From the NCBI GenBank assembly GCA_963748015.1, contig CAVVHE010000004.1, forward strand, positions 1,632,001-1,696,000: a DNA stretch of 64,000 nucleotides, written 5' to 3'. This document shows positions 42,082 to 51,989 of this stretch, piece after piece. This stretch comes from Terriglobia bacterium (GTDB taxonomy: Bacteria; Acidobacteriota; Polarisedimenticolia; Polarisedimenticolales; JAIQFR01). Numbering within the stretch: position 1 is the first letter of the stretch; every line of letters starts with the position of its first letter. The translations under genes and the position numbers were made by a program. Under the pieces are notes generated by a model. That model saw only the letters and a list, made by a program, of their open reading frames with translations. It had not been told where the DNA came from and searched no databases.

Positions 42082-43521
42082 TCAGGAGTCGCGCCCGCGG
42101 TTTCGCTCCAGGGCGCTCTTGAGGGCGTCGCCGAGGTTGGTCCCGAACGAGGCCGCCGGCTGTGCCGGGGGCTCGTCGCGCCGATCCTGGCGATCCCGCT
42201 CCCGCGGCCGCTCGGACCCGCGGCGCTCGGCGCCCGGGCCGGAGGGATAGCCGCGGGGCGATCCGGCATCCTCGGCAGCGGCCGTCGCCGCCTCGTCCAT
42301 CGTCAGCCGGATACGGCGTCCGCCGTCGGCGACGTCCACCAGAGTGACCTCGATGTCCTTGCCGACCGGGAAATGCCGGACGAGGTCGGTGCCTCGCGCC
42401 GTTCCGGTCCACGCGTTCGGGACGAGGCCGACCTGCCCGGGACCGAGCCAGACAAAGACGCCGAACTTCTCGACCTTCTGCACCTTCCCTCGGAGCTTCG
42501 CGCCGGTCTCGAGGACGACCGCTCCGCCCGCGGCGCCTTCTTCCGGAGCCGGCGCCAGGCTCATGCGCCTCCGGTCCGCGTCCACCGACACCACCAGCCA
42601 TTTCCCGGCCGTTCCAGGCTCGAGCCCGGCGTCCCACCCGCCGGCGGACGGCGGGAACTCCCTCGCCGAGGCGAGCGCCTCGATTCCCGGCAACAACTCG
42701 ACGAACGCACCGAAATCGGCGATTCGCCCCACGGTCCCCGGGTAAACCTGCCCGACCTGGAAGCGCTCGACGATGCCCTTCCACGGGTCTTCTTGCGCCT
42801 GGCGGATGCTGAGAGAGATCCTGCCGGTCTCGCCGTCGAGCTTCAGTACGCGCACGGCGACGCGCTGGCCCACCTGGAGCGCGTCTCCGGGCGTCGCCAC
42901 CCGCGCCGGTCCGATCTCCGAAACGTGCACCAGTCCCGTGACCCCCGCGCCGAGATCCACGAACGCTCCGAAGTCGGCGAGACGGGCGACGCGTCCCTGC
43001 ATGATCGTTCCTTCGATCAGGGTCGCCCGGACCGCCTTCGCCTCGTCGACCCGGTCGGCCTCGAGCAGCGCGCGCCGCGAGACGACGACGTCGTCGCCCC
43101 CGTGGCGCATCTGCAGGATCTTGAACTTGTACGTCTTGCCGACGTGCTCCTCGGGGGTGTCCACGCGGTGCAGATCGATCTGCGAGTGCGGGCAGAATCC
43201 CCGGCACCGCCCGACCTGTATCTCGTAGCCGCCCTTGATCACCTTGTCGACCTTGCCGTCCACCGGGAGCCCGGCCCGGAACGCGCGGGCTACCGCGGGG
43301 TCTCGGGGCTTCCGGCGCGGCGGCTTCGCGGGCCGCGAGCCGGCGCTCGATTCCGCCTTGGCCTCCTCGCCCGCCGGATGGGCGGCCTCCTCTTCCGTCG
43401 CCCCTTCTCCCGGATCGGCCGCTGCCTCGGCGGCGGCCTCCTCTCCGGGATCGTGCTGCGTCGTCGGGGGCTCGTGGGAGCCGGTTTCGGGTTCGGGGGA
43501 AGGTGTTGACTCGTCGCTCAC
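42082..43521 (-). CDS. Multi-S1-domain RNA-binding protein (RpsA-like)
   Basis: About four S1 repeats (GFCPHSQID, DFGAFVDLG, DFGAFVEL, KFGVFVWL); acidic disordered N-terminus; GAGG before GTG. Confidence 0.85.
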   Translation of the reverse strand: MSDESTPSPEPETGSHEPPTTQHDPGEEAAAEAAADPGEGATEEEAAHPAGEEAKAESSAGSRPAKPPRRKPRDPAVARAFRAGLPVDGKVDKVIKGGYEIQVGRCRGFCPHSQIDLHRVDTPEEHVGKTYKFKILQMRHGGDDVVVSRRALLEADRVDEAKAVRATLIEGTIMQGRVARLADFGAFVDLGAGVTGLVHVSEIGPARVATPGDALQVGQRVAVRVLKLDGETGRISLSIRQAQEDPWKGIVERFQVGQVYPGTVGRIADFGAFVELLPGIEALASAREFPPSAGGWDAGLEPGTAGKWLVVSVDADRRRMSLAPAPEEGAAGGAVVLETGAKLRGKVQKVEKFGVFVWLGPGQVGLVPNAWTGTARGTDLVRHFPVGKDIEVTLVDVADGGRRIRLTMDEAATAAAEDAGSPRGYPSGPGAERRGSERPRERDRQDRRDEPPAQPAASFGTNLGDALKSALERNRGRDS

Positions 43522-43695
43522 GGCATACCTCTCGACACGTCTCCACATCCGGTCGCCGTGGTTCTCGCCGGACCGCCTCGCGATCCCAGGCTGAGGCTCG
43601 GGACGGGATGCTCGATGGAACCTTCCTATTGTGCCACAAATGAGGCCGAGACTCCCGGTGATACCCTAGTTCCCGCCCGGTGGAGGCGTACCGCC

Positions 43696-44895
43696 ATGAG
43701 GTCGAGGAAGACGATCGAGCGCCTCGAGGAGCCGTCCCGTCCGGAAGATCCGGAAAACGGGATCCCCGTTCGCCGCAGGGCCGGCTGGATGCGCCGGCTC
43801 TACATGACGCTCCGGACCGAGCACACGACCCCCGGAAAGGTCGCCGGCGCCGTCGCGGTCGGCGTGTTCGTGGGCTGCTCGCCGTTCTGGGGGCTCCACC
43901 TCGCGATCGGCCTGGTCCTCGCCACGGTCCTCCGGCTGAACCGCGTGCTGGTCTATGCCGCGGCCAACCTGGCCAATCCGATCACGGCCCCGCCCCTGAT
44001 CTTCGCCGAGGTGCAGGTGGGGCATCGCATCCTGCTCGGCACCTGGCTAGGGCTGAGCATGGACGAGGTGGTCCAGGAAGGGCTCACCGGCCTCTTCCGC
44101 GACTTCCTCGTCGGAAGCCTCGTGGTCGGAGGCGCCCTCGCGCTGCTGGTCGGCTTCGCGGCGTGGCTGATCGCCCGCGCCGGACAGCGTCCCGCGCACT
44201 ACCAGGATCTCGTGGACGCCATCGTCCGCCGCTACCTCGACGTTTCGATCCGGGACGCCGAGGCGGCGAGGTTCGCGCTCGTCCGAGACCCGATCCTCCC
44301 CGACCTTTTGGACGAGCCCATGTTCGCGGATGCCCGCCGGATCTTGGACCTCGGCTGCGGCCGCGGCGTCGTGGCGGCGCTTGTGGCCGCGGGACCCGGC
44401 GGCTTCGGCAGCGACCGGTCCTATCTCGGCGTGGACCTGTCCGAGCGCTACATCCGGGCGGCCCGGGAAGCGCTGCACGACGTCGCGGGCGCGTCGTTCG
44501 CCACCACCGATCTGCGCGACTTCGACCCGCCTGCCGCCGACGTCGTCCTCCTGGTGGACGTCCTGCGGTTCCTCCCTCTCTCCGCGCAGGATGCGCTCCT
44601 TCGCCGGCTCGGCCGGGTTCTTGCTCCGGGGTCGACCCTCTTCGTCCGCGAGGTGGACGCCGCGGCAGGAGCGCGATTCCGGTGGACGGCGGCTCTCGAG
44701 TTCCTCACGCTGTTCCTGCCGGGGAGGCCGCACCACCGCTTCGGCTACCGGCGCGCCTCGGATCTTCGCAACGCCCTGCTGGCCTCGGGGTTCGACGTGC
44801 GCGATCGGACGACGGTGCGATCCGCCCCCCGCTCCGTGGTGTTTCTCGAGGCGGTCCGGCGGCCCGCCGCGGCTCCGCGCGGTCCTGTTTCGTGA
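43696..44895 (+). CDS. DUF2062 membrane domain fused to class I SAM methyltransferase
   Basis: AVGVFVGCSPFWGLH...NLANP (DUF2062-like), then LDLGCGRG and GVDLS; GGAGG RBS. Confidence 0.75.
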   Translation: MRSRKTIERLEEPSRPEDPENGIPVRRRAGWMRRLYMTLRTEHTTPGKVAGAVAVGVFVGCSPFWGLHLAIGLVLATVLRLNRVLVYAAANLANPITAPPLIFAEVQVGHRILLGTWLGLSMDEVVQEGLTGLFRDFLVGSLVVGGALALLVGFAAWLIARAGQRPAHYQDLVDAIVRRYLDVSIRDAEAARFALVRDPILPDLLDEPMFADARRILDLGCGRGVVAALVAAGPGGFGSDRSYLGVDLSERYIRAAREALHDVAGASFATTDLRDFDPPAADVVLLVDVLRFLPLSAQDALLRRLGRVLAPGSTLFVREVDAAAGARFRWTAALEFLTLFLPGRPHHRFGYRRASDLRNALLASGFDVRDRTTVRSAPRSVVFLEAVRRPAAAPRGPVS

Positions 44896-45872
44896 AGGCC
44901 GTCGTCGTCAGTCACCCCGGCGGCCCCGAAGTCCTCGACCTCCGCGAGGTCCCCGACCCTCCCATCGGCCCCGACGACGCGCGCGTCGCCGTCCGTGCCA
45001 CCGCGTTGAACCGCGCCGACCTCCTGCAGCGCCTCGGCCGCTATCCCGCGCCGCCCGACGCTTCGCCCGACATCCCCGGGCTCGAGTTCGCCGGCGAGGT
45101 GGAGGCCCTCGGTGTCCGCGCAGCCGGCCTCGAGCTCGGGGATCGCGTGATGGGGCTCCTCGGAGGAGGCGGCTACGCCGGCAAGGTCGCGCTCGACGCG
45201 CGAATGTGCGTCCGGATCCCGGCGGGACTCGCATGGGAAGAGGCTGCGTCGATCCCCGAGGCGTTCATGACCGCGTTCGACGCCCTGTTCGAGCGCGGCC
45301 GCCTCGTCGCGGGAGAGTCGGTCCTCCTGCACGCGGCCGCTTCCGGCGTGGGCACGGCGGCCGCGCAGATCGCCCGCGCCTCGGGCGCGAGGGCCATCGG
45401 CCTCGCGCGCGCTCCCGAGAAGCGCCGCCGCCTCGAGGGGCTCGGGCTGGACGGCGTCCTCGATCCCGCGACCCCGGGCCTGGCCGACGCCATCCGGCAC
45501 GCGGCGGGTGGCTCGGTGGACCTCGTCGTGGACCTCGTCGGTGCCGCGACCTGGCCGCTCGACCTCGAGGTCCTCCGCACGGGCGGGCGCCTGGTCCTCG
45601 TCGGCACGATGAGCGGCAGTCGCGTCGACGCCGATCTCTCGCTCCTGATGCGAAAGCGGCTCACCGTGGTCGGAACCGTCCTTCGCAGCCGCCCCCTCGA
45701 CGAGAAGATCGCCCTTACCCGGGCCTTCGAGCGCGACGTCCTCCCGCTCTTCGCCGACGGACGCCTGCGCCCGATCGTGGACCGCGTCTTCCCCCTCGAG
45801 TCCGCCGCCGCCGCCCATACCTGGATGGAATCCAACGCGAACTTCGGCAAGATAGTCCTCCGCGTGTCGTAG
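44892..45872 (+). CDS. NAD(P)H-quinone oxidoreductase (PIG3-like MDR)
   Basis: ALNRADLLQR, PGLEFAG, HAAASGVG and FGKIVL; GTGA overlap with the upstream gene. Confidence 0.9.
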   Translation: MKAVVVSHPGGPEVLDLREVPDPPIGPDDARVAVRATALNRADLLQRLGRYPAPPDASPDIPGLEFAGEVEALGVRAAGLELGDRVMGLLGGGGYAGKVALDARMCVRIPAGLAWEEAASIPEAFMTAFDALFERGRLVAGESVLLHAAASGVGTAAAQIARASGARAIGLARAPEKRRRLEGLGLDGVLDPATPGLADAIRHAAGGSVDLVVDLVGAATWPLDLEVLRTGGRLVLVGTMSGSRVDADLSLLMRKRLTVVGTVLRSRPLDEKIALTRAFERDVLPLFADGRLRPIVDRVFPLESAAAAHTWMESNANFGKIVLRVS

Positions 45873-45917
45873 CGGGCCGGTTTCCGCCTCGCAGGGAAGC
45901 GAGCTCGAGGCCCGCTG

Positions 45918-45960
45918 CCCTCGCGGCCCTTTCCGGGCCGGCGAGGGTGCATTCGGCCGA
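45918..45960 (+). repeat. Degenerate family B element, copy 9
   Basis: CGGCCCTTTCCGGGCCGGCGAG followed by GCATTCGGCCGA, as in copies 3 and 6. Confidence 0.6.
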
Positions 45961-46263
45961 GAACGAGCGGAGCGTGGACGCGGGAAGATGACCGCGTCGA
46001 TTCGGCGGCCGGCTCGCGGCGGCGCGGGCGAGGAGCCCGGCCAGGCGATCGCCTGGGTCTCGCGCATGCGGCTTGCGAGGCGAAGACAAGGGCGGAGCCT
46101 GGGTGATGCATCCGACACCCCCCTCCGGGAAGTGCCGGGACTACCCGTCCGCCCGAAAGCGGCCAATTCAATTGCTACCTACACGACGCCGCCGCCCCCG
46201 CTAACGCGGGCCGGACATGAGCGTATTTGCTGATCGACGACAATTGGTCGGGAGGGGCAATCC

Positions 46264-46914
46264 ATGAGCAGGACTCTCTTCGCGTTGGTATTTTCCGTCG
46301 CGGCCGTGAGCGGGGTCTCGACCCAGCCTGTCGGCGTCGGACCGAGCTCTCACTGGGTCGGGGAGCGCGCGATCGATCACTATCGCGTGTACGGCGACGG
46401 CGTGACGGCCGAGTTCACGAGCGTCGACACGAGCGCTTGCGACGTGGGGATCGAGACGACCGTCAGCGTCCACGCCAGCCAGGGCATCGTCTACGGCACC
46501 GACGAGCCCATCGAATCGAGCGTCGTCTCGATCATCGTCGGCGTGTTCGACCGGTGTCTCGACATGCCGGTGCTGTCGGTCACGGGAAGAGGCCCGGCCG
46601 ATCAGCTCCAGCTCAACCCGAACCTCAAGTCGGCCAACCTGCGCACCACCTTCGGAGGGACCGACGACGCCGGCCGGCCGGTCGTCATCACGGCGGACCT
46701 CGTGTGGAACGGAGCGGGTCACAAGGACCGCACCAGCGACCACGATAGCAACCACGTCGGGGTCTTCGTGTTCGTTTCGAACTCGACCGGCACGATTCGC
46801 GAGGCGGTCGCCGGGGGCACCGTGACCGTCGACGGCCTCGACGTCACGCCGCTCCCTTCGGTTTTCGGGGTGATCGAGAGGAACTCGACGCGTAGGCTCG
46901 TCATCTACCGCTAG
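46264..46914 (+). CDS. Hypothetical secreted beta-rich protein
   Basis: GGAGG RBS, signal-like N-terminus; no family recognised. Confidence 0.7.
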   Translation: MSRTLFALVFSVAAVSGVSTQPVGVGPSSHWVGERAIDHYRVYGDGVTAEFTSVDTSACDVGIETTVSVHASQGIVYGTDEPIESSVVSIIVGVFDRCLDMPVLSVTGRGPADQLQLNPNLKSANLRTTFGGTDDAGRPVVITADLVWNGAGHKDRTSDHDSNHVGVFVFVSNSTGTIREAVAGGTVTVDGLDVTPLPSVFGVIERNSTRRLVIYR

Positions 46915-46927
46915 TGTCTCGTCCGGG

Positions 46928-48040
46928 CTACGGCGCGACCGTCACCAGGGCTTCGACGCAGGCCGCGAAGTCGGGGACGGCGGCGGCGGGATCCGCGCCC
47001 GCGACCCCGCGGTCGCGGAGGGCCGCCGCCAGCTCGCGCCAGCGCTCGCGCGGAACCTCGAGGCGCCACGCGCCCGGCGTGACGTCGAGGGGAATCGCTC
47101 TTCCTCCGAGACTCCGCGCGAGGCGCGCGAGCCCTTCTCCCGAGCTCCGCGGATCGCCGCTCCTGATCGTCCAGCCTCCGGGAGGCGACGCGGACCACAG
47201 GCTCGCACAGGCAGCGCTCTTCTCGTCCGCAACGTTGCGGAGCTTGGCGCCGGTCGCCACGGATGGAGCATACGCGGCGGCGGGCTCGGTCCGAGCCGGT
47301 CTCGGGGCCGGAGGCTCGGCCGCTGCCTGGTCGCTCGCGGCCTCTCCGACGCCGACAACGCCCCCCATCACGCCACCGACGACCCCTCCCACGACACCGC
47401 CTGCGACCCGCCCCTCGGTGTCCTCGTCGCGTCCCGCCACCCCTGCCCGGGCAGGCGCATTCTCGGCCGAGGAAGCGGGAGGCGCGGAGCGCGGCGCGGC
47501 ATCGAGTTTCTTCTCTCTCTTGTCGAGTGGAGCCCCGGCCGGCTGTGCGAAGACCTCGGCCGGCCGCTCGGCCCCGCCGGCGGACGAGGTCGCGGTGCCG
47601 GAGTCCTTCCCCTTCTCCTGCGCCGGAACGACGGCGCTCTCGGCCGGAGCGGAAGGACGCGAGCCGACCTCGATCGACGGGGCCGCCAGGCGGCCGTGCT
47701 CGCTCCACCAGACTCCCGCCACGATCCCGAAGACGGCCAGGGTGGCGGCCGCCGTGAGCGGTACGCGCGCCCGCCACCAGGGGCGCGCCGGATGGCGCCG
47801 CGCCTCCGCGGCCGCCCCCCGAACCCGCCACGCGATGCGCCCCTCGAGACCCCGCGGCACGGGGGGCGGCTCCTCGCCGGCCGCGGCGCGGGCGACCACG
47901 CGGAGGCCCGCGAGCAGGTCCCGGCAGTCCGCGCACCCGCGCAGGTGCGCCTCGAGCGCGCCGCGCTCGTCGGGAGCCAGCTCGCCGTCGAGCAGCGCGG
48001 AGAGCTGCTCGCGAGGATGGTGCTCGTCGCGACCGCTCAT
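46928..48040 (-). CDS. zf-HC2 anti-sigma factor
   Basis: LSALLDGEL...HLRGCADC, one TM segment, low-complexity exported region; ATGA overlap with the sigma gene. Confidence 0.85.
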   Translation of the reverse strand: MSGRDEHHPREQLSALLDGELAPDERGALEAHLRGCADCRDLLAGLRVVARAAAGEEPPPVPRGLEGRIAWRVRGAAAEARRHPARPWWRARVPLTAAATLAVFGIVAGVWWSEHGRLAAPSIEVGSRPSAPAESAVVPAQEKGKDSGTATSSAGGAERPAEVFAQPAGAPLDKREKKLDAAPRSAPPASSAENAPARAGVAGRDEDTEGRVAGGVVGGVVGGVMGGVVGVGEAASDQAAAEPPAPRPARTEPAAAYAPSVATGAKLRNVADEKSAACASLWSASPPGGWTIRSGDPRSSGEGLARLARSLGGRAIPLDVTPGAWRLEVPRERWRELAAALRDRGVAGADPAAAVPDFAACVEALVTVAP

Positions 48041-48660
48041 GGCACTCCGGCCTCCATGCACTCCTTGAGCGCGATCCGGGCTCGGGAGAGGCGCGAGCGG
48101 ACGGTGCCGATCGCGAGATCGAGGACCCTGGCGATCTCGTCGTACGCGAGCGACTCTCCGTCCCGGAGGGCGACGACCGCCCGCCACGCCGACGGGAGCC
48201 GCGACACGCAGTCCGCCAGGCGCCGCAGCAGCTCGCGCGCCTCGAGCGCCTCGAGCGGGGTCGGCGCGCCGTCGGCCAGCCTGGAGAGCGGCGGCTCGCC
48301 GTCGGGGTCCCCCGCCGCGGGCTCGTCGATCGGCCGCGATGCGCGCCGCAGCTTCTCCGCGGAGCGATCCACGTAGTTGAGGGCCCGTGTCACGGCGATC
48401 CGGTGGAGCCACGTCGTGAAGGCGCAATCTCCCCGGTATCCCGCAATCCCCTGCCATGCGGCGAGAAAGACCTCCTGCACGACGTCCTCCGCGTCGGCGT
48501 CGTGGCGGACGATCCGCCACGCCACCCGCCACACGCGCCCGAGGTACGAAGACACCAGCCGGTCGAACGCATCCCTGTCGCCCTGCCGGGCCCGGTCCAC
48601 GAGGTTCCGCTCGGCCTCGTCCTCGCTCGCCTGCCGATCTTCCGCCATGGTCCTGAGCAT
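48037..48660 (-). CDS. ECF RNA polymerase sigma-70 factor
   Basis: DAEDVVQEVF, FTTWLHRI and YDEIARVL..GTVRSRLSRAR. Confidence 0.92.
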   Translation of the reverse strand: MLRTMAEDRQASEDEAERNLVDRARQGDRDAFDRLVSSYLGRVWRVAWRIVRHDADAEDVVQEVFLAAWQGIAGYRGDCAFTTWLHRIAVTRALNYVDRSAEKLRRASRPIDEPAAGDPDGEPPLSRLADGAPTPLEALEARELLRRLADCVSRLPSAWRAVVALRDGESLAYDEIARVLDLAIGTVRSRLSRARIALKECMEAGVP

Positions 48661-48720
48661 GCCACGCTCTTCCTGTCGTGTCTCCACCCCCGGTTGGACC
48701 GCCCCGTACGGGGGAAGTTC

Positions 48721-50103
48721 CCCATGGTGGGCGCGAGATTGTGGGGTCCCGTTCCAAGGAGAATCGCCCGTATTGGGTATCGCGCTCGGGTCAATAGGCT
48801 CGAGCGAGGGTATGTCGCCGGTTGTTGCCGACGGCCGGTGTGATCCACAGGCGGTCGTAGAGCTCCTGCCAGGTCGCCGGCAGCAGAGCGCGGGTGGCGA
48901 AGAGCCGCTGCGCCAGTACTTTGTCCCAGCTCCAGGGTGCGCTCGCGAGCCCCCGGTACATCGCCGGCGTCACCGGCGCTCCCGGTTTTCGCTCCGACCT
49001 CCGCTTGATGAAGTTCCGCCAGACCGCGGTCAGGAACATCCGCTCCATCAGGGCGTTGAGGCGACGCCCGAACGCGATCGTCTCCCGCCGGTGGTGCGCA
49101 CAGGTGTGTCGCAGGATCGCGTGGAGCAGGTCCACGGGGAACATGGCGGCGTCGCGACGGCGGGCTTCGGGGGTCCGAGGCGCGTCCTTGCGGCGCCCCT
49201 TGGGGTTGGGAAAGCGGAGGTGCCGGATGCGGGAACTCCCGGAATGCCCTTGGACCGCGCTCACGTAGGCATCGTGGCCGTCGGTGATCAGCCTCAGCGG
49301 GGTTTTGGACTCGGCCAGCGGGAGCAGCGTGTCGAGGATCCGGGAGAACGAGGCGCGGTAGCCCCCTCGGCGCATCGGAGAAAGGGCCCTGGAGCGCCTT
49401 TTCGGATTCCCGCCCGGCTCATGCGGCGCGGGGTCGAGCCCGTAAAGGAACCAAGACCGGGCCCCGACGGCCGTGGCGATGCCGAAGGGAAAGTCCTGGC
49501 TGAACGCGAAGCTCTCGAAGTGATCGACGACGACGGGCTCGTCGAGCGGTGGCGAGACCCCCAGGGCGCGGGCCAGGAGGAGGATCGCATGGCGGCCGAG
49601 CCGTGCCGCGCGGTGGGTGACGGTCGAGGGGGCGCAGCGGAGGGATCGCGCGATCTGGCGATGCGCGGATCCGGCCTCGAGGGCCGCGGCGATCGGCGGC
49701 CCGAGACCGGGGCGCTTGAGGTAATAGGAGCAGGCGAAGGTCTGCTGCGAACACGTACGGCGGCAGAGAGCGCATCGATAGCGCGGAACCCGGCGACCGT
49801 CGGAAGCACGGCGGTAGGCGCCATGACGGTGGAAACGAGCACGGACTCCGTCGGGGAGCCGATGCTGACGGCAATCGCGACAGGGGCAGAAGGGGGGCCA
49901 GAAGCAAACTGCGTCCCGTGCTTCGACGGCGAGGTCCGGCCAGTCCATGTCCGGTCATGGGCAGCAATCCGCAGGCCCAGGGGGAAAGATCGGAAACAGC
50001 CCACTTCGCGAGGCAAGCGAAGGACGGATGTCCGCCGGCGTACGGCGCCCGCGGACACGCCCGTCCGCTCACGGACGCTCCACAATCTCGCGGCCACCAT
50101 GGG
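48721..50103 (-). mobile_element. Insertion sequence, IS1-related, 1383 bp
   Basis: 24-bp terminal IRs CCCATGGTGG(G/C)CGCGAGATTGTGG (1 mismatch) enclosing a single transposase-like ORF. Confidence 0.85.
48791..49948 (-). CDS. IS1-like transposase (Zn ribbon, HTH, DDE-type domain)
   Basis: CPCRDC...RYRCALC zinc ribbon, RQIARSLRCAPSTV HTH, VVVDHFE, ITDGHDAY, RRETIAF and TPAM..GL. Confidence 0.8.
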   Translation of the reverse strand: MDWPDLAVEARDAVCFWPPFCPCRDCRQHRLPDGVRARFHRHGAYRRASDGRRVPRYRCALCRRTCSQQTFACSYYLKRPGLGPPIAAALEAGSAHRQIARSLRCAPSTVTHRAARLGRHAILLLARALGVSPPLDEPVVVDHFESFAFSQDFPFGIATAVGARSWFLYGLDPAPHEPGGNPKRRSRALSPMRRGGYRASFSRILDTLLPLAESKTPLRLITDGHDAYVSAVQGHSGSSRIRHLRFPNPKGRRKDAPRTPEARRRDAAMFPVDLLHAILRHTCAHHRRETIAFGRRLNALMERMFLTAVWRNFIKRRSERKPGAPVTPAMYRGLASAPWSWDKVLAQRLFATRALLPATWQELYDRLWITPAVGNNRRHTLARAY

Positions 50104-50120
50104 TCTGGTACGATTCCCAC

Positions 50121-51023
50121 GTGGCTTCCTCAATCGCAACGGCGCTCAAGGCCGCGGGCTTTCGCGGCGAGATCCTCGCGGAGGAGCCCCTCGCCGCCCA
50201 CACGACCTGGCGGATCGGCGGCCCGGCGGAAGCTCTCGCCACCCCCGACGATCGGGACGACCTCTTGCTCGCGGTCCGCTTTGCTTCCGCCGCGGGATTC
50301 CCGTGGAGGGTCCTCGGCAACGGCTCGAACCTTCTGGTGCGCGACGCGGGGGTTCGCGGCCTGGTCTTTCGGCTGCGGCGGGCGCTCGGCGCCATCGAGG
50401 CGAGGCAGCCCCGCATCCGCGCGGGGGCCGGCGCGTCGCTGCCGGCGGTCGCGAACCTGGCCGCGTCGGAGGGGCTTTCGGGGCTCGAGTTCGCGGCGGG
50501 GATTCCGGGCACCGTGGGCGGCGCCCTGGTCATGAACGCCGGGTGGCACGAGCACGAGATCGGTAAGGTCGTCGTCGAGGTGGAGTTCCTCGGCCCCGAC
50601 GGGACCGTCGCGACGTTCCCGCGCGGCGCGTGCTCGTTCGGGTACCGGACCAGTGCTTTCCGCGGCGTCGAGGGAATCGTCCTGGGGGCGTGGCTCGAGC
50701 TGTCCCCCGACGATCCCGCGCGGATTCGCGAGCGGCTGTCGACCTACGCGTCCGTCCGGCGCGAAAGCCAGCCCACCGAGTTCCCCTCCTGCGGCTCGGT
50801 GTTCCTGAAGCCCGAGGGGGACTTCGCAGGCCGCCTCATCGAACAGGCCGGCCTCAAGGGACGGAGGATGGGCGACCTCGAGGTCTCGCCCAAGCACGCG
50901 AACTTCATCGTGAACCGCGGTCGCGGCACCTCCGCCGACGCGCTCGCGCTCGTGGAACGGATCGAGGAAGAGGTGTTCAGGCGGTTCGGCGTCCGCCTCG
51001 TCCGCGAGTTCGAGATCTGGTAG
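50121..51023 (+). CDS. murB: UDP-N-acetylenolpyruvoylglucosamine reductase
   Basis: HTTWRIGGPA, GNGSNLL, IPGTVGGALVMNAG, SCGSVF and HANFIVN. Confidence 0.95.
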   Translation: MASSIATALKAAGFRGEILAEEPLAAHTTWRIGGPAEALATPDDRDDLLLAVRFASAAGFPWRVLGNGSNLLVRDAGVRGLVFRLRRALGAIEARQPRIRAGAGASLPAVANLAASEGLSGLEFAAGIPGTVGGALVMNAGWHEHEIGKVVVEVEFLGPDGTVATFPRGACSFGYRTSAFRGVEGIVLGAWLELSPDDPARIRERLSTYASVRRESQPTEFPSCGSVFLKPEGDFAGRLIEQAGLKGRRMGDLEVSPKHANFIVNRGRGTSADALALVERIEEEVFRRFGVRLVREFEIW

Positions 51024-51097
51024 GAACCCTTTCCGGACGCGGGTTTCCGCGCTGGACCGTGTTACTCTGAGAGCGCGATTCCGGCGGGGGTGAAAGC

Positions 51098-51985
51098 GTG
51101 CGGCTCGATGCGGGCATGGTGCGCGCCAGGGCCGATGCGGCGAGTGCGATGCTCTCCCCCTGCACGCTCTGCCCGAGGAAATGCCGCGTCCGCCGCCTCG
51201 AGGGAGAGGTGGGACCGTGCCGGGTCGGGGAGGTCGCCCGCGTGGCCTCGTACGGTCCGCATCACGGGGAAGAGCCTCCCCTCAGCGGGTCGCGCGGGTC
51301 GGGTGCCGTCTTCTTCTCGGGATGCAACCTGCGCTGCCTGTACTGCCAGAACGGCGACATCAGCCGCGAGGCGGTCGGCATGCCGGTCAGCGCCGAGGGG
51401 CTCGCGGCGATCGTGCTCGACCTCGAGGCCCGCGGGTGCCACAACGTCAACTTCGTGAGCCCGACCCACGTGATGGCGCAGATTCTCGCGGGACTCGCGG
51501 AGGCGCGACGAGCGGGGTTCGACCTCCCGGTCGTCTGGAATTGCGGCGGCTACGAGTCCGTGGAGGCGCTGCGCCTGCTCGACGGCGTCGTGGACATCTA
51601 CATGCCGGACTTCAAGTACGGCGAGGAGATCGAGGGGCGCCGCCTCTCGGGAGTCCGCTCGTACCCCGCGCGGGCCCGCGCGGCGACGAGGGAGATGCAC
51701 CGCCAGGTCGGCGACCTCGTGCTCGACGCGAACGGACTCGCGGTGCGGGGCCTGCTGGTGCGCCACCTCGTCCTCCCGGACGGACGGGCGGGGACGGCGA
51801 CCGTCATGCGTTTTCTCGCGAACGAGATCTCGCGCGACACGTACGTCAACCTGATGGACCAGTACCGTCCGGCGGGCGGCGACGGGTCGGCTTTCGGGCT
51901 CGACGGCCGCCCGACCCCGACGGAACTCGAGAAGGCCGCGGAGGCCGCTCGCCGCGCCGGGCTCCACAGGGGCATCCTCCCGTAG
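51098..51985 (+). CDS. Radical SAM protein, PflX-like
   Basis: CTLCPRKC, HHGEEPPLSG, CNLRCLYCQN, DIYMPDFKY and RHLVLP. Confidence 0.9.
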   Translation: MRLDAGMVRARADAASAMLSPCTLCPRKCRVRRLEGEVGPCRVGEVARVASYGPHHGEEPPLSGSRGSGAVFFSGCNLRCLYCQNGDISREAVGMPVSAEGLAAIVLDLEARGCHNVNFVSPTHVMAQILAGLAEARRAGFDLPVVWNCGGYESVEALRLLDGVVDIYMPDFKYGEEIEGRRLSGVRSYPARARAATREMHRQVGDLVLDANGLAVRGLLVRHLVLPDGRAGTATVMRFLANEISRDTYVNLMDQYRPAGGDGSAFGLDGRPTPTELEKAAEAARRAGLHRGILP

Positions 51986-51989
51986 CCTT

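Noticed and set aside
45960..46263. Possible riboswitch or sigma54 promoter upstream of the secreted hypothetical gene
   Set aside because: No recognisable aptamer consensus, and the GG-to-GC spacing of the candidate is 11 nt rather than 10.
51098..51985. Radical SAM gene as the partner of the MEMO-like protein or a RiPP maturase
   Set aside because: It is PflX-like, 50 kb from the MEMO-like gene, and has no adjacent precursor peptide or SPASM domain.
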